From the NCBI GenBank assembly GCA_963664435.2, contig CAXXKM010000001.1, positions 1,440,001 through 1,504,000 of the forward strand: a stretch of DNA of 64,000 bases, in the 5' to 3' direction. Positions 1-9,887 of this stretch are shown piece after piece. This DNA comes from Longimicrobiales bacterium. Its GTDB lineage: Bacteria > Gemmatimonadota > Gemmatimonadetes > Longimicrobiales > Gaopeijiaceae. The notes beneath the pieces were generated by a model. It searched no databases, had not been told where the DNA came from, and saw nothing but the letters and a program-made list of their open reading frames with translations. Both the position numbers and the translations under genes were made by a program. Each line of letters starts with the position of its first letter. Within the stretch, counting starts at the first letter, position 1.

Positions 1-316
1 GCCGACGGCCCCTCATTCGAAGCAGTCGGTTGATGAGGTCGCTGGCCTCCCGTTTGCTACCGATCCCGGAGGGGTCGCCACCCAGAACCTTGATGTACCT
101 GAGTTGCCGTTCCGTGGCAGAGTGATGATCCCAGTTTCCTTGCGAGGGAACCGCATCAGGCACGGCAGGTCGATCCTCGGACGGGGAAACCGTGGCCATG
201 CTGTCTTCGAGCACCCTGTTATCCGCGCCCTCGTGGAGAGCTTCGTCGGGTGGCCCCCCATTTCTCCACAAGACTCGGCGGATGTTGGACATCGCTCGCT
301 TGGTTGCCTGCACCAT
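1..316 (-). CDS. Partial hypothetical protein (runs off the window edge) with an ATxxQLRYI...SKxEASxLIxxL helical motif; probable cargo of the element ending at 978
   Basis: Manual translation from ATG at 316, with AGGAAGG upstream: MVQATKRAMSNIRRVLW...SATERQLRYIKVLGGDPSGIGSKREASDLINRLLRMRGRR. No stop before base 1, so it is missing from the ORF track. Confidence 0.55.
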   Translation of the reverse strand, partial: MVQATKRAMSNIRRVLWRNGGPPDEALHEGADNRVLEDSMATVSPSEDRPAVPDAVPSQGNWDHHSATERQLRYIKVLGGDPSGIGSKREASDLINRLLRMRGRR

Positions 317-832
317 TATAGACACCTTCCTGTGACCGTATCCTGCGTGAATTATCTTGGTCGGGCAGTAATCATCTTGGGGGCCAAGGCGCGGTGTCAA
401 GCGAAATGCGGGAAGACGTCACCCCGAAAGCTGGCGCGAAAACGCGCTCGCGCGGCCAGCCTGCGGGCGTCTACGGCATCGGTCTCGTTGGGCTGGCCGT
501 CGCGGCGCCGGGAGGAGATCGCCGGAAGGATGGACGGGGCCGCCTTGCGGCAGGAAGAGAGCGGGGGAGTTCGGAAGTCCCTCGTCATGCCACAAAGCGA
601 CTAGTCGGTAAGTTGGTCAGCGTCCGAGGAAGTACTTGGAGGCCGTACGGCCGGTGGACGGCCGACAAGCTGCTCCCGCTGCGGGACGCACTCCAGCCGT
701 TTCTGGACCAACTGACGCGGGTCGAGCGCCCCGCGCCCGACAACGTGGCAGGTGCCGATTGACCCGTTCCAAGCACTTGCCGGGAGTTGAGTCAAGAGGA
801 CGATATGAGTGAGGCCAAGTCCCACGAGAATA

Positions 833-978
833 CCCGCCAAGCGATACCGTTTCCCCGGCTATCGTGACGCGGTGCAGTCAGATGCCGGCCAACAGCGAGA
901 ATGGCAGATCGTGCAGTCCCAATTGACTTTAGACGATTTCTCGCCGTGATTTACGCCGCCAGCGATCCGCCGTTACGT
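833..978 (+). mobile_element. Right end (attR-like) of a second tyrosine-recombinase element extending left of the window
   Basis: Aligns without gaps to 30770-30915 (offset 29937; about 102/146 identical by hand count). Shared blocks: CCCGCCAA, GCAGATCGTGCAG, TGACTTTA, GCCGTGAT, TCCGCCGTTACGT. Confidence 0.75.
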
Positions 979-1045
979 CAGGCTCATTGAGCGACCTTGG
1001 ATCTCGCGTCGTCGCCGTCCAGCAATGGCAGGCCTGCACCCCCCC

Positions 1046-3562
1046 CTACCCCAACTCCTCCAGCACCCGCTCCGGCCGTAACGGCAGCCTCCGCATCCGC
1101 ACCCCCGTCGCATCGAAAACCGCGTTCGCAATAGCAGCCGGCACCGGCCGATGCGACGGTTCCCCAGCCCCATAAGGCCGCAGATCCGGGCGGTCGGGGT
1201 TCGGGTCGCCGTTCACCATCACGACGTCGATGCGCTCGGGCGCGTCCATGTGCGTGAGGGTCGGGTGGGTGCGCCAGTCCACGCTGGTGACCTTCTCGCT
1301 ATCGAAGCGGACTTCCTCGTAGAGCGTCCGGCTGATCCCGTGCAGGAGGTTGCCCTGGATGGTGCTCTCGAGGCTGTTCGGATTGATCACCAGGCCGCAG
1401 TCGTGGGCGCACACCATCCGCCGGACCCACACCCGCCCGGTCTCACGGTCGACCTCGACTTCGGCGATCACGGCGATCGTCGTGCGGGCGCGATAAGCGT
1501 ACGCGATACCCCGCCCCGTCAGCACGCGCCCGCTCCCCACCGTCCCGGGTGACGGGCGCGCGTCCCACCCGTACGCCTCCGCCGCGGCCTCGACCACGGC
1601 GATCGAGCGCGCACGGCGGAAGGCCTCGTCGTCGTCGGTCGCCCCGCGCAGCAGACGCAACCGGAACTCGACCGGATCGGCGTTCGCGGCCGCGGCCAGC
1701 TCGTCGATGAACGACTCGCCGGCGAAGGTCGTCTGCGGGCCGTTGGGGTCGCGCAGGTTGCCGGTCCGGAGCGGCGTCTCGAAGGCCAGCGGGAAGCGGA
1801 CCGCCCGCGTTTCCTGGCGCCGATTCGGGATGTAATACATCTCGTCGGGGCCGCGCGCGCCGCCCGGGGACGGCCGCTCGGGCCGGAAGCCCATCAGCTG
1901 CGCGATCAGCACGGTGCGGGCCTGGTTGTATCCCACGTGGGCGTAGTTGGCGATCCGGCCCTGATAGTCCAGCGCGACCACGTTCCCATCTGGATCCAGC
2001 CCTCCTCGCAGGTCGATCGCGAACGCCGGGCCCTTGGTGTCCCAGGCCGTCTCATCGTGTCGCATCCACTGCACCCGCACCGGACGGCCCAGCTCCCTGG
2101 CCAGGTACGCGGCCTCGAAACCCGCGTCGTCCGCCGCCGTGCGCCCGTAGAGCTGCGGCCCTTCCATCCAGATCACCCGCACCTGCTCCGGATCCATCCC
2201 CAGGAACTCGGCGATCCCGGTCCGGTGGCTGTAGGGCTTCATGTCGTTGGTGTAGATGGTCATCTGGCCGTCCGAGGGGTCGGCCAGGGCGTGGGCGGGA
2301 CCGATGGCTGTGTGCCCATGGAAGGGGATGTCATACGCAGCTTCGACGACGGTCGCGGCGTTCGCGAGCGCCCCGTCGGGATCCCCCTGCGTCTGCGCCG
2401 CCCCGCGTCCTCCCGAGCCCGGCACTCGCTCCGCGCTCCGCATGTAGTCGAAGAGGTCGTCGGATGCCGGGAAGGGCGCCGAGGCCGGCTTCTCCCACTC
2501 GACCACCAGGCGTTCGGCGGCCTCGATCGCATGCTCCTCGCGCTCGCACACCACAGCGACATAGTTGCCCTCGCTGACCACCCGGATGAGGCCGGGCACG
2601 TCGCGCACCGACGACTCGTCGATGCCCACCAGCGTCGCTCCCGCGAAGGGCGGGCGCACATGCCGCGCGTGCACCATCCCCGGGACCCTCACGTCGACGG
2701 CCCACTCGAGCGTCGCATCGACCTTGCCCGGGATGTCGTAGCGCGGGATCGACTGGCCGACCAGCTTCAGGTCCTGCACGGGCTTGATGCTCGCGACACC
2801 GGTGGTCGCGTTGATGTTGCCTCCGGTCAGCGCGACATCGAAGCGCCGTCCACCGATCAGTTCGCCGTAACTCACGGTCCGCGAGGCATCGTCGCGCAGC
2901 GAGATCACACCCTCGCTCACGCCGAGCGCCTCCACGGGGACGCCCAAGCGCTCCGACGCCATCTCCAGGAGCACGCGCCGGGCCTCCGCCGCGATCCGGC
3001 GACCCACCATGGCGTCGCGCTCGATCGCATCCGAGCCACCCGAGCCACCCTGGTCCACGGTCATGTCTGTGCGGCCCATGACCACCGTCGCCTGGTCGAA
3101 GGCGATGTCGAGCTCGTCGCACATCATCTGCTGCGTGGCGGTGCCGGTCCCCTGTCCGCCATCGGTCTTGCCCACGTAGAAGGTCGCGGTGCCGTCCTCG
3201 TGCACGACCAGCCACGAGTCGAGCGCGAGGAAGTCGGGATCGGGATAGGACGCGGGCTCGGACGATTCATCCCCGGAGGGCTCGGCCCCAAAGCCCCATC
3301 GGCCCGCCCCGGCCACTCCCACGCCGCTCAGGCCGAAGACGAACAGCCCGGACGTTTTGAGGAAGTCCCGCCGGGACGTGGTGCCGCCCCAGCGGGCTAC
3401 TGCCTCGTCGAACAAGGGAGAAGACTGACGGTCGCCATTCACTGGTGTCCGTCTCATTCGCTCATCATGCCGCCCGGCGCGCGGCCCACGCTGCGCGCGG
3501 CCATCGGGTTCGCCATCCGACGGCATCCGTCCGTTTCGCTCATCACGCCGCCCGGCGCTCAT
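1046..3562 (-). CDS. Molybdopterin-dependent oxidoreductase large subunit (xanthine dehydrogenase family, IorB-like) with Tat signal
   Basis: SRRDFLK twin-arginine motif; GKTDGGQG, QGGSGGS, LRDPNGPQTTFAGESFIDELA, HDCGLVINP, GAGEP motifs. Start placed at the ATGA overlap with the upstream 2Fe-2S gene; the true start may lie further downstream. Confidence 0.9.
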   Translation of the reverse strand: MSAGRRDERNGRMPSDGEPDGRAQRGPRAGRHDERMRRTPVNGDRQSSPLFDEAVARWGGTTSRRDFLKTSGLFVFGLSGVGVAGAGRWGFGAEPSGDESSEPASYPDPDFLALDSWLVVHEDGTATFYVGKTDGGQGTGTATQQMMCDELDIAFDQATVVMGRTDMTVDQGGSGGSDAIERDAMVGRRIAAEARRVLLEMASERLGVPVEALGVSEGVISLRDDASRTVSYGELIGGRRFDVALTGGNINATTGVASIKPVQDLKLVGQSIPRYDIPGKVDATLEWAVDVRVPGMVHARHVRPPFAGATLVGIDESSVRDVPGLIRVVSEGNYVAVVCEREEHAIEAAERLVVEWEKPASAPFPASDDLFDYMRSAERVPGSGGRGAAQTQGDPDGALANAATVVEAAYDIPFHGHTAIGPAHALADPSDGQMTIYTNDMKPYSHRTGIAEFLGMDPEQVRVIWMEGPQLYGRTAADDAGFEAAYLARELGRPVRVQWMRHDETAWDTKGPAFAIDLRGGLDPDGNVVALDYQGRIANYAHVGYNQARTVLIAQLMGFRPERPSPGGARGPDEMYYIPNRRQETRAVRFPLAFETPLRTGNLRDPNGPQTTFAGESFIDELAAAANADPVEFRLRLLRGATDDDEAFRRARSIAVVEAAAEAYGWDARPSPGTVGSGRVLTGRGIAYAYRARTTIAVIAEVEVDRETGRVWVRRMVCAHDCGLVINPNSLESTIQGNLLHGISRTLYEEVRFDSEKVTSVDWRTHPTLTHMDAPERIDVVMVNGDPNPDRPDLRPYGAGEPSHRPVPAAIANAVFDATGVRMRRLPLRPERVLEELG

Positions 3563-4038
3563 CGGTCCACCTCCCCTTCGGCCATCGCTTCGGCCGCGCG
3601 CTTCACCGCCGACTGGATCCGGTAGTAGGTCATGCAGCGGCAGAGGACCCGGTTCATGCCCTCCCGGATTTCGTCGTCGCTCGGGCTGGGGCTGTAGCTC
3701 AGCAGCGCCGCGGCGGTGAGGATCTGCCCGTTCTGGCAGTACCCGCACTGCGGCACCTGCTCGTCGATCCATGCCTGCTGCACCGGATGCAGCTCCCCGT
3801 TCTCGGGCAGCCCCTCCAGCGTCGTGATCTCTCCCGTCGAGCGCGAAACCGGCCGGTTGCACGAACGGATCGCGCGTCCGTCCATGAGCACCGTGCACGT
3901 CCCGCACTGGGCCAGCCCGCAGCCGAAGCGCGGTCCGCGCAGCCCGAGATCGTTGCGCAGCACATACAGCAACGGTGTCGACGGATCGACATCGAGCGTA
4001 TGCGTCTCGCCGTTTACCCTGAGCGTGATCTCGCTCAT
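3559..4038 (-). CDS. (2Fe-2S)-binding small subunit of the molybdo-oxidoreductase (IorA/CoxS family)
   Basis: FGCGLAQCGTCTV, QCGYCQNG and LCRC motifs; start MSEITLRVNG. Confidence 0.93.
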   Translation of the reverse strand: MSEITLRVNGETHTLDVDPSTPLLYVLRNDLGLRGPRFGCGLAQCGTCTVLMDGRAIRSCNRPVSRSTGEITTLEGLPENGELHPVQQAWIDEQVPQCGYCQNGQILTAAALLSYSPSPSDDEIREGMNRVLCRCMTYYRIQSAVKRAAEAMAEGEVDR

Positions 4039-4302
4039 CGATGCATCCCCCTTCACCTCGTTGCAGCCGCGCAACGCGCGCGTAGAGTGGAAATTGCCCT
4101 GGTGGCGCGATCACCGCCACCTGCGAATCCGCGACCCGGCCATTCGTCCCATTCCGCCATTCTTCCGCCCGCCGGAATCAAGAGATTGGAGAAAGCCCAA
4201 GCGCCGATCCCACTTGGGCGCTTAACTGCATCCATCTCGGGGCTTGGGTGGATGTCGGGGGTAACAGACTCACAATGTTGCTGCGGAGGATGGTGCCGGT
4301 AC

Positions 4303-4803
4303 ATGTTTGATGCCATGGATACGACCGGACTTGATACGCTCAAGGCGACGAGAACACTCGAGGCGGCAGGCTTCGAGACATCCCAGGCCGAGGCCCTTGT
4401 GTCGGTGTTCGGTGGACCGGTCGCCGGCAGTGCCGCCACGAAGAGCGATGTCCGGGACCTTCGATCTGAACTGAAGACGGAGATCAAGGATCTCCGGACG
4501 GAACTGAAGGCGGAGATCGGTCAGGTGCGAGATGAAGTGAAGGCGGAGATCGGTCAGCTGCGGGATGACGTGAAGGTAGACATCGGTCAGCTGCGGGATG
4601 ACGTGAAGGTAGACATCGGTCAGCTACGGGATGACGTGAAGGTAGAGTCGACCGAGCGCAGGGCAGATGTCACGAGGCTCAGCCGTGAGATTGCCGATGT
4701 GCGCGGGGACATCAAGAACCTGAAGGCGCAGACGTACCGTTTGCTGCTGGTGCAGGCAACTGTGATCGTTGGGCTAATCGTCGGGTTGCAGCGGCTGCTC
4801 TGA
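4303..4803 (+). CDS. DUF1640/CCDC90-like coiled-coil protein with C-terminal membrane anchor, copy 1
   Basis: DTLKATRTLEAAGFETSQAEAL head, ATKSD neck, 11-aa repeats (VKVDIGQLRDD), hydrophobic tail LLLVQATVIVGLIVGL. Confidence 0.8.
   Translation: MFDAMDTTGLDTLKATRTLEAAGFETSQAEALVSVFGGPVAGSAATKSDVRDLRSELKTEIKDLRTELKAEIGQVRDEVKAEIGQLRDDVKVDIGQLRDDVKVDIGQLRDDVKVESTERRADVTRLSREIADVRGDIKNLKAQTYRLLLVQATVIVGLIVGLQRLL
4504..4647 (+). repeat. 33-bp intragenic tandem repeat (~4 copies) encoding a hendecad coiled coil
   Basis: gtgaaggtagacatcggtcagctgcgggatgac at 4570-4602, a near-identical copy following, and degenerate copies upstream. Confidence 0.85.
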
Positions 4804-4849
4804 CGGCGCACATCCGCGAGCCCGGCTCGCGACCCGATCTGGAGGCAGC

Positions 4850-7800
4850 ATGGACGTCAGTGTTCCTTCGCCGGTCATTCGAGTTCCGCTTCTCGCCCTC
4901 CCATTGCTGTGCGCAATGTCCCTCGCCGCGATACCCGCCCACCTCACCGCCCAATCCCCCATCTCCCTCCTCCCTCCCATGGAGTGGCGCTCCATCGGAC
5001 CCGACCGTGGCGGACGCTCCATCGCGGTCGCGGGCCACCCGGACCGCCCCTTCGAGTACTACTTCGGCGCGACGGGCGGAGGCCTCTTCAAGACCACCGA
5101 CGGCGGATCCACCTGGAACCCGGTAACCGACGGCCAGGTCGGCAGCGCCTCGGTGGGCGCGGTCGCGATGGCGCCGTCCAACCCCGACATCGTCTACATC
5201 GGCATGGGCGAGGTGCAGCTGCGCGCCAACGTCCTCCAGGGCGACGGCATCTACCGTTCGGAAGACGGCGGCAAGAGCTGGCGGCACCTCGGCCTCGCCG
5301 AGACCCACGCCATCGGGCGCATCCGCATCCACCCCACCGACCCCGACCGCGCGTACGTGGCGGCGCTCGGCCATCCCTTCGGGCCCAATCCCGAGCGCGG
5401 AGTCTTCCGCACCACCGACGGCGGCAGGACCTGGGAGAAGGTCCTCTACCGCGACGAGCAAACCGGGGCCGTCGATCTGGTCATGGACCCGAGCGATCCG
5501 GACGTGCTGTACGCGACGCTCTGGCAGGTGTACCGGAAGCCGTGGCGCCTTTGGAGCGGCGGCGAGGGGTCGGGGATCTTCAAGTCCACCGACGGCGGCG
5601 ACACCTGGAGCGAGATCACGCGCAATCCGGGCCTTCCGGACGGCGTCCTCGGCAAGATCACGATCACCGTCTCCGGCACGGACCCCAACCGGGTGTGGGC
5701 GAACCTCGAGGCCGAGCAGGGCGGGCTCTACCGGTCCGACGACAGCGGCCGGTCCTGGGAGTTCATCAACGGCCACCGCGACATCTGGCAGCGCGCCTTC
5801 TACTTCCAGCGCCTTGAGTCGGACCCGGTCGACCGCAACACGCTCTACATCCTCAACTTCCGGCTCATGCGCTCGACCGACGGAGGGAAGACGCTCGAGA
5901 GCGTGCCCGAGACCCACGCCGACCATCACGACCTGTGGATCGATCCCACCAACCCGCAGCGCATGATCAACGGCAACGACGGCGGCGGTGTGGTCACGGT
6001 GAACGGGGGCCGGACCTGGACCTCGATGCGGTATCCGACGGCGCAGATCTATCGCCTGACGACGACCTCGGACTTCCCCTACCACGTGTGCGGCGCGCAG
6101 CAGGACAACTCCACCGCGTGCGTGTCGTCCGAGCCGGGGCATCTGCGGAACCCCCGCGGCCCGAGCACGGAGTGGATGTACGCGGTGGGCGGAGGCGAGA
6201 TGGGCTACATCGCGCAGCACCCCGGCGACCCCGACATCTTCTACGCCGGCGCGACCAACACCCTCACGCGCTACGATCGGGCAACAGGCATGGTCACGGA
6301 CATCCAGCCCTGGCCGCGAATCGTCATGGGCGAGCCCGCGCGCGACATGCCCGAGCGATGGAACTGGACCTACCCCATCGCCGTGGCACCGATGGCGCCG
6401 CATGCGCTCTACGTCGGATCGCAGCACCTGTGGAGGTCTCTCGACGATGGCAAGTCGTGGGAGAAGATCAGCCCCGATCTGACGCGTGCGGAGCCCGAGA
6501 CGCTCGACGACTCCGGCGGCCCAATCGTGATGGACCAGGACGGGCCGGAGATATACGGCACGCTGTATGCGATCACGCCTTCGCCACATGAGGCGGGCAC
6601 GATCTGGACGGGATCCGATGACGGCCTCGTACACGTAACACGCGACGGCGGCGGCAGTTGGCGCGACGTTACCCCTCCTGACATGCCCCCGCACACGCGG
6701 GTCATGACGGTGGAGGTCTCCCCGCACGGCCCGGCGAGCGCGCATGTAGCCGGGATCCGGTACGAGATGGACGACCGGGCGCCGTACGCATGGACGACCG
6801 ACGACTACGGCGCGACCTGGACGCGCATCAGCGACGGCATTCCCAATGGCGCGTTCGTGCGCGTGGTGCGGGAGGACCCGAAGCGCGCCGGGCTCCTGTA
6901 CGCGGGCACCGAGCACGGCGTGTTCGTTTCCTTCGATGGCGGTTCGAGCTGGAGCGACCTGTCGTTCGAGCTTCCTGACACACCCGTGACAGGGCTCTCG
7001 GCCAAGGAGCGGGACCTGGTGATCAGCACCCACGGCCGCTCCTTCTGGATGCTCGACGACATCGAGACGCTGCGCCAGCTCGACGCGGAGATCGCAGCCT
7101 CGGACGTGCACCTCTTCCAGCCCGCCGACGCGATCCGGCGGTCGGTCCCCGCCGTCATCGACTTCCGGGTGGGCGGTCGGGGGACACGCGCGCGGCTCGA
7201 CATCCTGACGGACGCCGGAGAGCACGTGCGCACCCTGGTCGACGAGACCGTGAGCGAGGGCACCCAACGGGCCCGCTGGAACCTCCGCTACCCCGGCGCG
7301 GTGACCTTCGAGGGCATCGTCCTGGAGAGCGGCAACCCGGCCGTAGGACCGTGGGGGCCGCCGGGCCGCTATCGGGCGCGGCTGACCGTAGACGGCACAA
7401 GCCGGGAGGCCTCCTTCGATGTGCATCCGGACCCGAGACTCGGCGACATCCCCACCGCCGCGTTCACCGAGCAGTTCCGCCTGGCCATGGCGATTCGCGA
7501 CGCCGAGAGCCGGGCGAACACGAGCGTGCTGCTGGCGCGCGATCTCCGCACCCAGGTCGACGCAGCCATCGCCGAGACCGATGACACCGGCCTCCGGGAG
7601 GAGGCATCCCGCTTCGCGGCCGGCCTCGAGGCCGCCGCGGGCGAACTCTACCAGCTCCGGAACCAGAGCCCGAAGGACAAGATCGCCTTCCCGATCAAGC
7701 TGAACGACCGCCTGACCGGCCTGCGCAGCCACCTGGAACGCGGAGACGGCACGCCCATCGACGCGTACCAGGCGGTCTTCGACGAGCTGTCCGGGGAGCT

Positions 7801-7924
7801 GGACATGCACCTGCGCACTCTCGAGCGAATGCTCAGCGACGACTTGCCCCGCCTGAACCGACGGCTTGCGGAAGCAGGACTCCCGCAGATCGTCGTCAAG
7901 GATGCGTTGGTTGCGGATGGTTGA
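4850..7924 (+). CDS. Secreted VPS10/BNR (Asp-box) repeat beta-propeller protein, glycosyl-hydrolase-like
   Basis: Signal peptide; WRSIGPDRGGRS start; many S/T-x-D-G-G-x-T/S-W Asp-boxes; HADHHDLWIDP; C-terminal helical region; GGAGG RBS. Confidence 0.88.
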   Translation: MDVSVPSPVIRVPLLALPLLCAMSLAAIPAHLTAQSPISLLPPMEWRSIGPDRGGRSIAVAGHPDRPFEYYFGATGGGLFKTTDGGSTWNPVTDGQVGSASVGAVAMAPSNPDIVYIGMGEVQLRANVLQGDGIYRSEDGGKSWRHLGLAETHAIGRIRIHPTDPDRAYVAALGHPFGPNPERGVFRTTDGGRTWEKVLYRDEQTGAVDLVMDPSDPDVLYATLWQVYRKPWRLWSGGEGSGIFKSTDGGDTWSEITRNPGLPDGVLGKITITVSGTDPNRVWANLEAEQGGLYRSDDSGRSWEFINGHRDIWQRAFYFQRLESDPVDRNTLYILNFRLMRSTDGGKTLESVPETHADHHDLWIDPTNPQRMINGNDGGGVVTVNGGRTWTSMRYPTAQIYRLTTTSDFPYHVCGAQQDNSTACVSSEPGHLRNPRGPSTEWMYAVGGGEMGYIAQHPGDPDIFYAGATNTLTRYDRATGMVTDIQPWPRIVMGEPARDMPERWNWTYPIAVAPMAPHALYVGSQHLWRSLDDGKSWEKISPDLTRAEPETLDDSGGPIVMDQDGPEIYGTLYAITPSPHEAGTIWTGSDDGLVHVTRDGGGSWRDVTPPDMPPHTRVMTVEVSPHGPASAHVAGIRYEMDDRAPYAWTTDDYGATWTRISDGIPNGAFVRVVREDPKRAGLLYAGTEHGVFVSFDGGSSWSDLSFELPDTPVTGLSAKERDLVISTHGRSFWMLDDIETLRQLDAEIAASDVHLFQPADAIRRSVPAVIDFRVGGRGTRARLDILTDAGEHVRTLVDETVSEGTQRARWNLRYPGAVTFEGIVLESGNPAVGPWGPPGRYRARLTVDGTSREASFDVHPDPRLGDIPTAAFTEQFRLAMAIRDAESRANTSVLLARDLRTQVDAAIAETDDTGLREEASRFAAGLEAAAGELYQLRNQSPKDKIAFPIKLNDRLTGLRSHLERGDGTPIDAYQAVFDELSGELDMHLRTLERMLSDDLPRLNRRLAEAGLPQIVVKDALVADG

Positions 7925-8202
7925 GCGATATCGATCCGAGTAGGAACTCGGTCTCGTACCTCCTGGGGGATCCTGACTGCCGCTGCCCTCGCGCTCGACT
8001 TCGCCGCGGGGGACTTGGCCAAGTGGGCCGGGTATGTAGAGAACCGCGACGGCAGTCCGGCGATGAATGCCGCGCGCGGTCGCTCTCGTCGGCGCCTTTG
8101 AGCCCATAGTCGAGGAAAGAGGAGAGCAGTCGTTTGCGGGTGAGGCTCGGCTCGGACAAATCGGGTCACGGCCAGAACGCGGTGATCCCCAGGGAGGTCG
8201 CC

Positions 8203-8700
8203 ATGAAGAACTCGCATCCCACCCTCTTGTTTGCTTCAATCGTCGTTCTCTGCACGGCGTGCGAGTCGGCTCCGGAGGCGGCGACGGTGATGCGCATGGA
8301 CCCGGAGGCCACCTCGAACGCCCCGCTCACCGGCATCAACTCGATCGCGCTGGCCGACGAGAGTACTGCGTGCGTGATCGAGTCCTATGAAGACCGCATC
8401 CATTGCTTGGGCCCGAACGGACAAGAGGTGGGAGCTTTTGGAAGACCGGGCGAAGGTCCGGGCGAATTCCGCAGTCTCATGGACGTGGTCGGCGGGCCGA
8501 ACGGCACCATCGGTGCCATCGACTGGGGTTTGGCCCGAATGACCGTCTTTCAAACGACAGGCACGCTGGTTTCTGAAGTCAGTCTTCCCTTCTTTGGGCC
8601 CTTCAGGGCGAGGGCACCTTTCGATTCCGTTCTGTTCGGCTACGGCATGGCAAACCGCTCCGGCGACTTGTCAGTTGGGTTGCCCGGACCGGGCGGTTAA
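8203..8700 (+). pseudogene. Probably truncated 6-bladed beta-propeller lipoprotein
   Basis: GGAGG RBS, lipobox-like VLCTAC and FGRPGEGPGEF motif, but only 165 aa against ~410 aa for the related protein at 47534-48769. Confidence 0.55.
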
Positions 8701-8888
8701 CTGGTACGACATCGGCGGATTGGAGTTCGGCGGCTAGAGGGCAACGGGCTCGCGAGCGACGTCGGTATTCGCACCCGCATGCCGGCAAAGCCACAGCAGC
8801 GCTCCGCCAACTCCGGGATCCTCTTTGGCCTATTGCCGTATTCCTACTCAGGAACACCTGTTCTCGCCCCCACAAGCCGGAACCCTCA

Positions 8889-9716
8889 GTGACGCCCGCA
8901 AACCTCACCGTCGCTCTCATCACCGACGTCTTTCCGAACCGGGATGACGAGCAGCGACTGTTGACCCACCTGCGCGAGGCGAAGGCGCGGGGCGCGCAGC
9001 TGGCGGTTCTGCCGGAGTTGCCGCTGAATCACTGGGTTCCGGTAAGCCAGGTCCCCTCCGACGCGGACGCCGAGCCTCCGTTCGGACCCCGGGAGAGTGC
9101 GATGGCCATAGCCGCGCGGGCGACCGGCCTCGCGGTCCTGGGCGGCGCCATCGTGCGCGATCAGGGCAGTGGCCGCCGGCACAACACCGCCGTGCTCTTC
9201 GGCTCCACCGGAGAGGAGTTGCTCCGGTACCGCAAGATTCACCTGCCCGACGAGGAAGGGTACTGGGAGGCGCACCACTACCAGCCGGGCGAGGGGCTGA
9301 CCGCGCCGGTGCAGGTTGAGGGCTTCGGCATCGGCGTTCAGGTGTGCTCGGACGCCAACCGGCCCCAAGGGTGCAACGCGCTGGCCGCCATGGGCGCGGA
9401 AGCCATTCTCCTGCCGCGCGCCACCCCGGCGGAAACCTACCCGCGCTGGCGGCTGGTGCTGCGGGCGAACGCGGTCACCAGCTGCACCTACGTGATTTCG
9501 GTCAACCGGCCCGGCACCCGGTCGGGCGGGGTGATCGGCGGACCGTCCATGGTCGCGGGACCGGCGGGCGACGTGCTGCTCGAGACCACCGATCCGGTGG
9601 CCACGATCACCCTGGAAAAAGCGGTTCTGGCGCGAGCCCGAAAGGAGTACCCCGGCTATCTGGATGTGCGACCCAAGGTCTACGAGCGCGCCTGGCGGCA
9701 GGCGCGTTCGAACTGA
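8889..9716 (+). CDS. Carbon-nitrogen hydrolase (nitrilase superfamily)
   Basis: E-K-C triad motifs VLPEL, YRKIHLP and VQVCSD. Confidence 0.9.
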   Translation: MTPANLTVALITDVFPNRDDEQRLLTHLREAKARGAQLAVLPELPLNHWVPVSQVPSDADAEPPFGPRESAMAIAARATGLAVLGGAIVRDQGSGRRHNTAVLFGSTGEELLRYRKIHLPDEEGYWEAHHYQPGEGLTAPVQVEGFGIGVQVCSDANRPQGCNALAAMGAEAILLPRATPAETYPRWRLVLRANAVTSCTYVISVNRPGTRSGGVIGGPSMVAGPAGDVLLETTDPVATITLEKAVLARARKEYPGYLDVRPKVYERAWRQARSN

Positions 9717-9887
9717 TCCCATTCCGCCATTCTCGCGCCCCGCAGAAGTAACGAGCTTTCGACTCGTCCGCAGCGAAGTGCGTCGACCTCAGGCAATGAA
9801 GCCCTGTCGACCGGCATCGACGCGTCGCCGGCGGATGCGGATGTCCGGCACGAGTCGTGAACTTGCTGCAAGGGAAGATGGCGCCAC

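Noticed and set aside
394..762. 122-aa plus-strand ORF
   Set aside because: No recognisable motif or clear RBS; could be a gene remnant but cannot be supported.
4712..8239. 1175-aa minus-strand ORF, and similar long shadow ORFs (1937-3625, 37437-39563, 40093-42279, 57781-59979)
   Set aside because: They lie antisense to well-supported genes, have no recognisable motifs, and are expected in high-GC DNA.
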